64,000 bases of DNA from Desulfovibrio sp. OttesenSCG-928-C06 (GTDB taxonomy: Bacteria; Desulfobacterota; Desulfovibrionia; Desulfovibrionales; Desulfovibrionaceae): positions 16,448 through 80,447 of the forward strand of contig JAJDJF010000001.1 in the NCBI GenBank assembly GCA_030267065.1, read 5' to 3'. The stretch's first letter is position 1; the number at the start of each line of letters is the position of its first letter. A program made the translations under genes and the position numbers. The notes beneath the pieces are model-generated. The model saw only the letters and a program-made list of their open reading frames with translations. It had not been told where the DNA came from and did not search any database. Positions 9,127 to 18,324 of this stretch are shown piece by piece.

Positions 9127-10065
9127 CTACACGAAAAGCTCGCTGACGGAGGATTCTGTGTGTGTGTTATAAATAGCCTTGGCCAGAAGGTCGGCTATTG
9201 AAAAGACTTGAAGTTTTTTGCACAGGTCGGCTTTTTCGCCAAGCGGTATGGTATCGGATACCAGCACCTTGGAGAAGCGCGAGTTGTTCAGGCGCTCCAC
9301 GGCAGGCCCAGAAAGCACGGCGTGGGTGGCACAAGCCAGCACATCCACAGCACCGTTGGCAAAAAGAAGATCTGCTGCGGCAACAATTGTTCCGGCAGTG
9401 TCGATCATGTCGTCAACCACAACGGCAGTTTTGCCGGATACATCGCCGATAACGTGCATTTCGGCAATCTGGTTGGGACGGTCGCGGCGCTTGTCGATGA
9501 TGGCAAGGCTTGCGTTCAGGCGTTTGGCGTAAGCTCTTGCTCTTTCAACGCCACCGGCGTCGGGAGAAACAATAACAAGCTCGCCTTCAATGCTGCGCAA
9601 ATGCTCAAGGGCGACCGGCGCGGAAAAGAGGTTATCCACAGGGCAGTTGAAAAAGCCCTGTATTTGTCCGGCGTGCACGTCAATGGTCATCAGGCGGCTC
9701 ATGCCGGCAACACAGAGAATGTCTGCCACCAGCTTGGCGCTGATTGGCGCTCTGGGGCTGACCTTGCGGTCCTGTCTGGCGTAGCCGTAGTAGGGCAGCA
9801 CAGCAGTAACGCGTCCGGCGCTGGCTCTTTTGAGCGCGTCCAGAATCAGGCTGGTCTGCATGATGTTGAAATTGACGGGACAGCAGGTGGACTGGATCAC
9901 GAAGATGTCGTGTCCGCGCACGTTGTCCTGGATTTCGATCCTGATTTCGCCATCACTAAAGGTGTCAAGCAAAACCGGGGTTGGTTCGATGCCCAGTTTA
10001 GTGCAAATGGCCTTGGACAGTTCAGGGTTGGAAGTGCCGCTGATGATTTTTATGTCGCCTGGCAT
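9127..10065 (-). CDS. prs: Ribose-phosphate pyrophosphokinase (PRPP synthetase)
   Basis: MPGDIKIISGTSNPELSKAIC..; PRPP loop VVVDDMIDTAGT. The start is set at ATG 10065 because the longer ORF (to 10194) runs through the tRNA gene. Confidence 0.93.
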   Translation of the reverse strand: MPGDIKIISGTSNPELSKAICTKLGIEPTPVLLDTFSDGEIRIEIQDNVRGHDIFVIQSTCCPVNFNIMQTSLILDALKRASAGRVTAVLPYYGYARQDRKVSPRAPISAKLVADILCVAGMSRLMTIDVHAGQIQGFFNCPVDNLFSAPVALEHLRSIEGELVIVSPDAGGVERARAYAKRLNASLAIIDKRRDRPNQIAEMHVIGDVSGKTAVVVDDMIDTAGTIVAAADLLFANGAVDVLACATHAVLSGPAVERLNNSRFSKVLVSDTIPLGEKADLCKKLQVFSIADLLAKAIYNTHTESSVSELFV

Positions 10066-10099
10066 TTTGTCAAACCTTATAGGTTGTTTGAGAAAAAAC

Positions 10100-10175
10100 T
10101 GGCAGGGGCGGGAGGATTCGAACCCACGAATGACGGAACCAAAATCCGTTGCCTTACCAACTTGGCGACGCCCCT
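10100..10175 (-). tRNA. tRNA-Gln (anticodon UUG)
   Basis: Minus-strand sequence AGGGGCG-TC-GCCAAGTTGGTAAGGC-A-ACGGATTTTGGTTCCGT-CATTC-GTGGGTTCGAATCCTCC-CGCCCCT-G-CCA. It has a 7-bp acceptor stem, anticodon loop UUUUGGU (UUG), a TTCGAAT T-loop and an encoded CCA. The T-stem has one U-C mismatch and one G-U pair. Confidence 0.85.
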
Positions 10176-11185
10176 GCAATAATGGCCTGGACAAAGGTTG
10201 CCAGACCGGACTTTTTCATAGCGGCCGCAGCGTCATGCGCTTTGTCTTCCCGGCTGAAAATGCCGAACAGACTACTGCCGCTTCCGCTCATCAGGGCACC
10301 CCCGGCACCATGTTCAAGCAATTTCTGCTTGATAGTCAGGAGTTCCGGATGTTTTGCAAACACTACCTCTTCAAAGCTGTTGAAAAGGTTTTGTAAGCCG
10401 AAATCAGCGGAGGGCAAGTTAGTAGCTTGCAAGCCAGAGCTTGTCAAGATTCTTGTGGAAGTTGGGTGCATTTCATCAAAGGCAGCATAGGCCCATGGGG
10501 TGGATACCTTGATATCCGGGCAAACCAGAACAAGATACATGCCGCTTAAGGGAGTCTCTACCGGGGTCAGCTTTTCACCGATGCCTTCGGCCCATGCTGT
10601 TTTGCCGAGAATAAAAAACGGAACATCCGCTCCGACTTTTGCGGCTATTTCCATCAGGGCTTCGCGGCCCAGCGGCTGCATGCCGTTTTGCTCCAGACAG
10701 CGTTCAAGAAAAAGCAGCAATGCGGCTGCGTCGGCACTTCCACCGCCAAGGCCAGCGCCGTGCGGCACGCCTTTTGTCAGCTCTACATTAAGATCCGGCA
10801 GGCACAGGCCGTTTTGCCCGCTCAGTTCTGCCGGGCTGGATTGGCTCTCTGGACTGGTATGCCCCGATGACTTAGCATCCACCGCCATTTTTGCGAAATA
10901 GCTGGCGGAATAGAGGTCGTAAGCTTTTTTGAGCGTGTTGTTTTGCGGATCAATGAACCCGGCGGCCTGCACTGTGATGCCGGGCGCGCTGCCCTGTGTT
11001 ATGCGCATGCTGTCAAACGGTGAACAGAGTGGCAGCATCAGGCTGCTGATGCTATGGTATCCGTTGGGCAGGACGCCGGTAATCTCAAGGTACAGGTTAA
11101 TTTTGCAGCCGGAGTGGATTGTCTCCGGCTGGCTCAGGCGTATTTTATTGCCGTTATTGGCGGCAGAAAGTTCCGGACGTGGCAT
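10154..11185 (-). CDS. ispE: 4-diphosphocytidyl-2-C-methyl-D-erythritol kinase
   Basis: ..CKINLYLEITGVLPNGYH..; GHMP kinase motif KGVPHGAGLGGGSADAAA; ..SGSGSSLFGIF.. The last 22 nt, including the stop, overlap tRNA-Gln. Carries a short low-complexity insert (see findings). Confidence 0.9.
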   Translation of the reverse strand: MPRPELSAANNGNKIRLSQPETIHSGCKINLYLEITGVLPNGYHSISSLMLPLCSPFDSMRITQGSAPGITVQAAGFIDPQNNTLKKAYDLYSASYFAKMAVDAKSSGHTSPESQSSPAELSGQNGLCLPDLNVELTKGVPHGAGLGGGSADAAALLLFLERCLEQNGMQPLGREALMEIAAKVGADVPFFILGKTAWAEGIGEKLTPVETPLSGMYLVLVCPDIKVSTPWAYAAFDEMHPTSTRILTSSGLQATNLPSADFGLQNLFNSFEEVVFAKHPELLTIKQKLLEHGAGGALMSGSGSSLFGIFSREDKAHDAAAAMKKSGLATFVQAIIAGASPSW

Positions 11186-11206
11186 TTACGGCTCGCGTTT
11201 ATATGT

Positions 11207-11743
11207 CTACAGGATTTCCACGGTCAGATTGTTGTTGGTGTAAACGCAGATTTCTCCAGCAATCGCCATTGCTTCGCGGGCTATTTGCTCGGCATCGAGG
11301 CTGCTGTGGCGCAGCAGGGCGCGGGCGGCAGCAGTGGCGTAAGCCCCGCCGCTGCCAATGGCGGCAATTCCGTCGTCCGGCTCAATTACGTCACCGGTGC
11401 CGGAAAGCAGCAGGGTGGCGCTGGAATCCGCAACCAGCAGCATGGCTTCCAGTCGGCGCAGGTATTTGTCTGTTCTCCAGTCTTTTGCCATTTCTACGGC
11501 AGCGCGAACCAGATTACCCTGATGTTCCTCCAGCTTTTTTTCAAAGCGCTCAAACAGCGTAAAAGCATCGGCAGTGGAACCGGCGAACCCGGCCAGAACT
11601 TTTTCCTTATACAGGCGGCGCACTTTTTTTGCCGTATGCTTCATGACAATGCTCTGCCCGAGTGTAACCTGACCGTCACCGGCCAGAGCTATCCTGCCAT
11701 CTTTACGCACAGCCAGAATGGTGGTTCCTCTAAGTTCAGACAT
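11207..11743 (-). CDS. hslV: ATP-dependent protease subunit HslV
   Basis: [44 protein letters not shown].. (N-terminal Thr protease). No hslU lies adjacent. Confidence 0.95.
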   Translation of the reverse strand: MSELRGTTILAVRKDGRIALAGDGQVTLGQSIVMKHTAKKVRRLYKEKVLAGFAGSTADAFTLFERFEKKLEEHQGNLVRAAVEMAKDWRTDKYLRRLEAMLLVADSSATLLLSGTGDVIEPDDGIAAIGSGGAYATAAARALLRHSSLDAEQIAREAMAIAGEICVYTNNNLTVEIL

Positions 11744-11914
11744 CTATAAGCTCCGTTGATTTTCAGTTGTAGCCTGTTCGCTTTTCAGGGTTCGCTTGAC
11801 GGGCAGCAAAACTATGTTCCGCAAGAGATATCTGCCCGGCTATGTTTATCCTGCATCTGGTCAGGTAAGCACTGTGGGCAAAAAAGCCAGACAGGGCGGG
11901 GCGTTTTTACGGAT

Positions 11915-13396
11915 TTATTTCCAGTAGGCGCGCCGTTCCTCATATTTCTTGTCAAAGGCTTCCAGTGCGGCCTGTTCCTGCGGGGTGTTGGCAAGTTTTT
12001 GCGCACGCTGATGAAACTGGCTCAGACGTTTCTGGTTATGATCATACAACGCACTGTAAGCCATGTGCAGGTTGGCGTAAAACATTTGCCCTGTGCGGCC
12101 CAGCGCCTGCGAGTAGTGCAGATGGACTTCCGAGTCTTCCGGAATATAGCGCAGGATATTTTGATAGTAAGTGATGGCTTGCCCTGTTTTGCCGGAATCG
12201 TCCAGCAGGCGCGCGTAATAGAAAAGGGCCAGATAGTCGTGCCTGTTGATGGACGTGGCGCTGGAAAGCAGCTTGAGGGCCTCGTCCCTGCTGCCTTTGA
12301 GGTAGTGGAAGCGACCGGCCTCGCGCAGGATAATGGCGTCTTTTGCGTTCAGCTCCACGGCTTTTTTGAAGGCTGTGGTGGCGTCTTTCACCTGATTGCG
12401 GCGATTATGGAGTATCCCCATGCCCATGTTGAATATGGCCAGATTCTTTTTATCTTTTTCAGTTTTAAGCTTGTCGCTGAAATATTGCAGGGCGGTTTCG
12501 TAATTGGCGTAACGGCCCCGTACCAGAGTCTGGATACGCAGGAATTCGGCGTGTTCTTCTTTGGCGTTTTTGTTTACAGGTTGTTTTGGCGTCTGGCGCA
12601 GTCTGGCGCTCATGTCCGAGATGCGCTCGGTTATGGCCGGGTGGGTTGAAAGATAGGATGGAAAGTCGGAGCCGGTTATCCACTGTGGTCTGGAGAGAAC
12701 CTGAAAGGCTTCCACCATGCCAATAGGCCGGTAGCCGGAGGCCATCAAGTAGCTCATGCCCACCTGATCAGCTTCCGATTCATCGGAGCGGCTGTAGTTG
12801 AGCATGGCCGCCTGAGCCGCTGCCGCGCTGCCGACAATGGCAGCCGAGCCTGCATCGCCGCCAAGAAAAGCCCCGGCCAGCGCGCCAACCATCGAGAGCA
12901 GCGAGATTGCCTGCGAGCGTTCAATGCGGCTGGCAATGTGGCGTTGGGTCACATGGGCCATTTCGTGCGCCAGTACTCCGGCAACTGCGGCTTCGTCTTC
13001 CATGGCCGTAATCAGGCCGGTGTGGATGAAAATGTAACCGCCGGGCACTGCAAAGGCGTTTACCGCATTGTGCCTGATGATACTGGTCTGGAACTGGAAC
13101 GGTTGCGGCGGCATTCTGGTTGAGAGTCGCTGCACCATGCTTTCGAAGTAGCCGAGAATTTCCGGGTCCTGCACCAGCGGCAGGCGCGAACGGACCATGA
13201 TGTCGAACTCTTTGCCAAGCTTGGCCTCGTCCGCCACGGTAAACTCGCCGAACAGCGCGGCTTGCGCCTGCATTGCCGTAACCGGCTGGATGAGCAGGCA
13301 AAGCAGAAGAGCCGCCAGCAGGACCATACGGCCGTGCCGTGCGGCCCTGCTGACAGTAATCTTTTTGATTTTATGTATGGCTAGAGTAAATCCCAT
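11915..13396 (-). CDS. Exported M48-family zinc metallopeptidase with C-terminal TPR repeats (BepA/YfgC-like)
   Basis: HEMAHV zinc motif (VLAHEMAHVTQRH), an N-terminal hydrophobic signal, and TPR-like repeats in the C-terminal half. The 13396 start overlaps the cysS 3' end by 16 nt; Met 13327 is an alternative start. Confidence 0.88.
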   Translation of the reverse strand: MGFTLAIHKIKKITVSRAARHGRMVLLAALLLCLLIQPVTAMQAQAALFGEFTVADEAKLGKEFDIMVRSRLPLVQDPEILGYFESMVQRLSTRMPPQPFQFQTSIIRHNAVNAFAVPGGYIFIHTGLITAMEDEAAVAGVLAHEMAHVTQRHIASRIERSQAISLLSMVGALAGAFLGGDAGSAAIVGSAAAAQAAMLNYSRSDESEADQVGMSYLMASGYRPIGMVEAFQVLSRPQWITGSDFPSYLSTHPAITERISDMSARLRQTPKQPVNKNAKEEHAEFLRIQTLVRGRYANYETALQYFSDKLKTEKDKKNLAIFNMGMGILHNRRNQVKDATTAFKKAVELNAKDAIILREAGRFHYLKGSRDEALKLLSSATSINRHDYLALFYYARLLDDSGKTGQAITYYQNILRYIPEDSEVHLHYSQALGRTGQMFYANLHMAYSALYDHNQKRLSQFHQRAQKLANTPQEQAALEAFDKKYEERRAYWK

Positions 13397-14874
13397 ACAA
13401 TGCCTTCCGGCGTGTCGCGTATTTCAACACCAAGAGCGGCAAGGTCGGCGCGGAGTTTATCCGCCAGCTCAAAGTTTTTTTCTTTTCTGGCTGCCTGCCT
13501 TTCCTGAATCAGCTCATCGACTTTTGCAGTGTCGAGGTTGATTCTGCCAGCCTTGATTTTGCGCAAATCGGCAAGGAAGTTTGCCGGTTCCTGCCCGAAC
13601 AGTCCCAAAACCTTGGACCACGAAGCAAACAGGTTGCGGATTCCGGCAATGATTTCACGCCCAACGCTGGATTTGGCAAGACCCTTGTCCTCAATAACAC
13701 GGTTGGCCAGATGCACCGCGCTGTTGACATGCCCGAGCGCGGCTGCGGTGTTCATGTCGTCAGCCATGGCGTCGTCCCAGGCTTTGGCGAGCTTTTGAAC
13801 TTCGTCAAGCAGGGCTTGGGCTGCCTGATCCGGCTTTACTTCGGACCACTTGCTTCTGGACAGGAAGGCGTCCATACCGGCCATGCTCTGATAGATGCGC
13901 TGCAAGTTCTTTTCCGCGTCCTCAATGGCTTCGGTGCTGAAGTCAATGGGGCTTCTGTACTGTCTGGTCAGCAGGAAAAAGCGCAGCACTTCCGGCAGGT
14001 AGGCTTCCAGGATGTCGCGGATGGTCTTGAAGTTGCCAAGGGATTTGGACATCTTTTCGGAATTGATCTGCACAAAACCGTTATGTACCCAGTATTTGCA
14101 GAAGTCGCAGTTTCCGTCATGGCAGTGATGCCCGGCAGACATGGCGGCCTCGCTCTGGGCGATTTCGTTCTCATGGTGCGGAAAAATCAGGTCCTGCCCG
14201 CCGCCGTGGATATCCAGCGGAAGTTCCATGTATTTTTCGCTCATGGCCGAGCATTCAATATGCCAGCCGGGGCGACCGTGTCCCCACGGGCTTTCCCAGA
14301 ACGGCTCGCCGGGTTTGGCTGCCTTCCAGAGCGCAAAGTCCATCGGGTTTTCTTTTTCCTCGCCGGGCGCGACTCTGGCTCCGGCCTGCATATCTTCAAC
14401 CGTGCGGCCAGAGAGCTTGCCGTAATCATTGAAGGAATTTACGCGGAAGTACACGTCGCCGGACGGGGTGGAGTAGGCGTGACCGGATTCAATCAGAGCC
14501 TGATTCATCTTGATCATCTCGCCGATGTGCTCGGTGGCCCTGGGTTCCAGATCCGCGCGCAGAACGGCGAGTCTGTCCATGTCCTCATGGAAGGCCTTGA
14601 TGTATTTTTCGGATATTTCCTGAGCCGGAACTCCTTCCTGATTGGCGCGGTTGATGATCTTGTCGTCAACGTCAGTGAAGTTGCGGGCAAAGGTTACGTC
14701 CAACCCAAGGCTGCGCAGGTAGCGAACCAGCACGTCAAAAACAACTGCCGAGCGGGCGTGCCCTATATGGCAGTAATCGTAGGCGGTGATGCCGCACACA
14801 TACATATTGACCTTGCCCGGACGCACCGGAACGAATTCTTCTTTTTTGCGGGTGAGGGTATTGTAAATCTGCAT
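13381..14874 (-). CDS. cysS: Cysteine--tRNA ligase
   Basis: MQIYNTLTRKKEEFVP..VNMYVCGITAYDYCHIGHARS (HIGH) and KMSKSLGN (KMSKS). Confidence 0.96.
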   Translation of the reverse strand: MQIYNTLTRKKEEFVPVRPGKVNMYVCGITAYDYCHIGHARSAVVFDVLVRYLRSLGLDVTFARNFTDVDDKIINRANQEGVPAQEISEKYIKAFHEDMDRLAVLRADLEPRATEHIGEMIKMNQALIESGHAYSTPSGDVYFRVNSFNDYGKLSGRTVEDMQAGARVAPGEEKENPMDFALWKAAKPGEPFWESPWGHGRPGWHIECSAMSEKYMELPLDIHGGGQDLIFPHHENEIAQSEAAMSAGHHCHDGNCDFCKYWVHNGFVQINSEKMSKSLGNFKTIRDILEAYLPEVLRFFLLTRQYRSPIDFSTEAIEDAEKNLQRIYQSMAGMDAFLSRSKWSEVKPDQAAQALLDEVQKLAKAWDDAMADDMNTAAALGHVNSAVHLANRVIEDKGLAKSSVGREIIAGIRNLFASWSKVLGLFGQEPANFLADLRKIKAGRINLDTAKVDELIQERQAARKEKNFELADKLRADLAALGVEIRDTPEGIVWDLL

Positions 14875-14951
14875 GGATGCTCCGAATATCTTGAATTGCC
14901 AAAGGCAAGTTACTTACTATGTTAACTGGGCGGTTTTCCGGTAATCCGGCT

Positions 14952-15020
14952 TTGGAGTCGAACAGCCTGAGCCTGCGCAGGTTACAGAAATATGCGCAGG
15001 CTCCTGCAACCTGACTCCAG
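14952..15020. other. Long bipartite inverted repeat (stem-loop) between rpiB and cysS
   Basis: Outer arms TGGAGTC (14953-14959) / GACTCCA (15013-15019). Inner perfect 11-bp arms GAGCCTGCGCA (14969-14979) / TGCGCAGGCTC (14993-15003). No adjoining T-run. Confidence 0.6.
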
Positions 15021-15101
15021 ATGCAAAGGCGTTGATCCTTGAATGCTCTACGCCACGCCAAAGACTCTATGCAACGCCTGTTGCCGGATTAAAAACAGGC
15101 C

Positions 15102-15545
15102 CTAAAATTTTTCAATCAGCTCTACGCGCTGCTCGTGTCGTCCGCCTTCAAACTCGCTTTCCAGAAAGATTTTGACCAGTTCGCGGCACATGGCGGGAGC
15201 AGTCAGGCGCTCGCCAAGACATATTATGTTGGCGTTGTTGTGGTTGCGACAGGCCCGGGCGTGGAATTCATGAGTGCAAAGCGCTGCCCTGATGCCCTTG
15301 AAGCGGTTCGCCGCAATGGACATGCCAATACCTGAACCGCAGACCAGAATGCCTTTGGCCTTGCTTTCAAGCACCCCGGCGCAGACTTTTTGCGCAGCCA
15401 GCGGGTAGTCGAAGCGCTCGGCTGAGTATGCGCCGCAGTCTTCAACCTTGAAGCCAAGTTCGCCAAGATACTCGATAAGGTCTGCTTTTACTGAAAAACC
15501 GGCGTGGTCCGAACCGATAAAAATAGTCTTGTTGTTCTGTGGCAT
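15102..15545 (-). CDS. rpiB: Ribose-5-phosphate isomerase B
   Basis: MPQNNKTIFIGSDHAGFSVKADLIEYL..GILVCGSGIGMSIAANR.. ATG 15545 lies 5 nt after GAGGA (the track ORF begins at an upstream TTG). Confidence 0.92.
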   Translation of the reverse strand: MPQNNKTIFIGSDHAGFSVKADLIEYLGELGFKVEDCGAYSAERFDYPLAAQKVCAGVLESKAKGILVCGSGIGMSIAANRFKGIRAALCTHEFHARACRNHNNANIICLGERLTAPAMCRELVKIFLESEFEGGRHEQRVELIEKF

Positions 15546-15634
15546 TACGTTCCTCAAAATTCCAGCGTTTGTTGTCGTATAAAGGTTTATGCGCGGCGGG
15601 CTGCTGTGTTTTTGTTGCCGAGCCGCGCGGTGCT

Positions 15635-16489
15635 TCAGGATTCTTTGATGATTGCGCCTTCGGGGATTATCAGCTGTAACTGTTCCGGGGCGTATTCCTT
15701 GTTTTGCGGATTGAAGCTTTTTACCTGCAAGGTGATTGAGTAGCTTTGCGGGTGGCTTGCCACAACCCGTTGGGGTCCGGGCAGAGAGCCTTCGTACACC
15801 CCTTCAAGATAGCTTATTTCAAAGCGCCAGCCTTTTTCGTTATGTTCGCTCCAGCTAACCGGGCGGCCCTTGGTATCCAGAGTCAGAAGTCCCGCATGCG
15901 GACCGCTGGCTATGCTGAAAGTGCTTTTGCCTGCCAGATCGCTGGCAATAAGGCGCGGCATGTCATTGCCGTTGGCAGGGGTGAAAAAATCCTGATAACG
16001 CCCGCCGAGCAGCAGGGACAAATCACCAAGGCGCACGGGTAAGGGCAGCCCTATTTGCAGCAGTGCGCCGGATGAACCGGGCGCAAGCAGGGCTGTGTTG
16101 TTCTCTGTATCGTAAAGGATAAATGTATCAGCGTTTTCAAACAGCTTGGCTGCAATAGCGCCCATTGCTCCCTGAATATCCAGCCGTACCGGATAGGGAC
16201 TTTGCCCCGCGTTGCCCCAGAAATAGGCGGCGAACCGGTGCGAATCTTCCGGCGAGCGGTAGCGGATGCTTAGAATCATGTTGTAAGGCGAAGCTTTGGT
16301 TGCAGCCTGTCCGGACAGTCTGATGAACTCCGACCAACTACGCTGGGCCAGATCCGCATTCAGGTCTGTGCGCTGATCCTGCACTGTTTTGCAACCTGAC
16401 ATAAAGAACAGGACGCAGGCCAGCGCGCACAGCATGAAGCCTGAGCGTATGGGCCGGGCGGCGGCATATTTTTTACAGGGCGCATTCAT
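15635..16489 (-). CDS. Lipoprotein of unknown function (LolB/DUF4292-like outer-membrane lipoprotein; tentative)
   Basis: Signal plus lipobox ..LACVLFFMSGC|K. The start abuts the stop of the upstream TPR gene (16490). The family assignment is tentative. Confidence 0.7.
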   Translation of the reverse strand: MNAPCKKYAAARPIRSGFMLCALACVLFFMSGCKTVQDQRTDLNADLAQRSWSEFIRLSGQAATKASPYNMILSIRYRSPEDSHRFAAYFWGNAGQSPYPVRLDIQGAMGAIAAKLFENADTFILYDTENNTALLAPGSSGALLQIGLPLPVRLGDLSLLLGGRYQDFFTPANGNDMPRLIASDLAGKSTFSIASGPHAGLLTLDTKGRPVSWSEHNEKGWRFEISYLEGVYEGSLPGPQRVVASHPQSYSITLQVKSFNPQNKEYAPEQLQLIIPEGAIIKES

Positions 16490-18316
16490 CTACTTTACTC
16501 CGGCAGCGTTGAGCGCTTTTGCGGCATCAAGCTTGGTCCGTACCTTTGCGCTATCTTCAATATTCATCTCGAGCGCATTTTTGAATCCCTTGATTGCCTC
16601 GTTAAGCCGGCCTGCTGCAAAGGCGATGTCGCCATAGTGATCCCAGATGACCGGATCATTGCCGCCCATTCTTACGCAACGGAGAATCGCGCTCCATGCT
16701 TCCTCATAGTTGCCCAGACGGTAGTGAACCCAGGCCAGTGAATCAACGATGTGCAGGCTGTCCGGCTCCAGCTCCATGGCACGGGTAATCATTTCCATGG
16801 CGCGGTCAAGTTCCTTGTTCTCGTCCGCCAGCGTGTATCCGGCGTAATTGAGGGCCAGCGCGTTGTCTGGCTCGCTTTCAAGGATTTCTTCCATTACGCT
16901 GAGAGCTTCGGAACTCTTTTTCTGGAATCCAAGGCTGGTGCCAAGGCTGTACAGCAGGCCTACATCGCCGGGCCATTGCTCCAGCGCTTCCCGGACAACG
17001 ATTTCCGCTTCCGGGTAGAGTTCGGCCATATTATTGACTTCGGAGAGCAGGAGCCAGTTGTCTTTTACTTCCGGAAATTCATCACGCAGGCTTTCCGCAG
17101 CTTCGGCTGCGGCCTTGTAATCGCTGATTCTAATCAGCAAAAGTGCTTTAAGGTGCAGCACCTGACTTCTGGACTGGCTTTCCATGGGGATATCCTGAAG
17201 CCGTTCAACTGCCTCGGGGATATCCTTGTTGCTATCGTAAGCAATCATGGCCAGCATGAAGTTTATTTCTTCTGCCAGATAGGGGTATTCTTCGAGAATC
17301 AGCAGGATTTCGCGCGCTTCGGCGTAACGCTGTTTGTCCACGAACAGTCCGACAGTCTGGAGCTTTACTTCCGGCGGAAAGGCCGAATTGACAACCTGCG
17401 AAACTGCGTGGCGATATTGCTTTGCTTCCAGCAGTGAGCGGATCATCAGCATGAAGATCTGCGGCATGTCATTGGTTTCAAGCGCTTTTTTGTAATACCC
17501 GGCTGCTGCCTGATATTTTCTCGCCTGTTCGGACTCGGCGGCCAGAGCCATCCAGCCTTCGGTGAAGTTGGGGTGCTTTTCCACAAGGGCTTGCAGTCGG
17601 GCCATGGCATCGGCAGTGCGTCCGGTGGATTTCAGGATCTGGGCTTCGTAATAAAGAACAGTGGCGGTGCGCTCGCGGGCGGGCAGGGCGGCAATGGCGG
17701 CCTCGGCCTCGGCATAGCGCTCGTCGCTCATGAACAGACGGATCAGGAGCAGGCGCAGTTCGCCCAAATCGCGCTGTTTCTGCTTGCTGCTCAGATCTTT
17801 CTGGTTTTTGTTGTAGTAGTCGCTGAATTCTTTGAGCCGAGCGATGGATTCGTCCACCTGTCCGCTACGGGCCATCAATTCAGCCTGCATCATGTGCAGC
17901 GTGAGGTCCAGCGGGTAAAGTTTGGCACCGGTGGCGGCTGTTTCCAGCGCCTGCTGGTGCCTTTCGCTGAATTCATAGATGCTTACGGCCTCGCGGAACA
18001 GTTCTTCAGTCGGGGCAAGGTAGAGCAGTTCCTGAATGCTGGTCATGGCGGTTTCGGCGTCGCCTTTGCCCAGTGCGCTGTTCAGAACAAGGTACAGATA
18101 GATCACCCGGCCCTTGTCACCAAGGCCGTCCGTGCCGTCAAGCTCGACTGTATCATAATATACAGGCTGTATTTCCGGTTTGGTGGCGGTTGTGTGCGGC
18201 TGGCATCCCCAAAGCAGACATGACAGGAGCAGCAAGAACAGAATAGCGGCCCGGCGGCCGCTTCCCGAGAGTCTGAACGCCAGTTGCCGCCCGGCGGCGG
18301 TGTGAGATATGAACAT
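16490..18316 (-). CDS. TPR-repeat lipoprotein
   Basis: Lipobox ..LLLSCLLWGC|Q, then about 550 aa of repeated TPR-like helices (recurrent A..Y/F..AL...P patterns). Confidence 0.85.
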   Translation of the reverse strand: MFISHTAAGRQLAFRLSGSGRRAAILFLLLLSCLLWGCQPHTTATKPEIQPVYYDTVELDGTDGLGDKGRVIYLYLVLNSALGKGDAETAMTSIQELLYLAPTEELFREAVSIYEFSERHQQALETAATGAKLYPLDLTLHMMQAELMARSGQVDESIARLKEFSDYYNKNQKDLSSKQKQRDLGELRLLLIRLFMSDERYAEAEAAIAALPARERTATVLYYEAQILKSTGRTADAMARLQALVEKHPNFTEGWMALAAESEQARKYQAAAGYYKKALETNDMPQIFMLMIRSLLEAKQYRHAVSQVVNSAFPPEVKLQTVGLFVDKQRYAEAREILLILEEYPYLAEEINFMLAMIAYDSNKDIPEAVERLQDIPMESQSRSQVLHLKALLLIRISDYKAAAEAAESLRDEFPEVKDNWLLLSEVNNMAELYPEAEIVVREALEQWPGDVGLLYSLGTSLGFQKKSSEALSVMEEILESEPDNALALNYAGYTLADENKELDRAMEMITRAMELEPDSLHIVDSLAWVHYRLGNYEEAWSAILRCVRMGGNDPVIWDHYGDIAFAAGRLNEAIKGFKNALEMNIEDSAKVRTKLDAAKALNAAGVK

Positions 18317-18324
18317 AAAACCTG

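Noticed and set aside
10066-10194. N-terminal extension of the prs ORF (MSRPLLQGRRQVGKATDFGSVIRGFESSRPC..).
   Set aside because: The extension is simply the translation of the tRNA-Gln gene. The conserved Prs sequence starts at Met 10065.
14875-15101. T-box or other leader control for cysS.
   Set aside because: No specifier loop or T-box sequence (AGGGUGGNACCGCG-like) is visible, and T-boxes are not expected in this lineage. Only the unexplained hairpin is reported.
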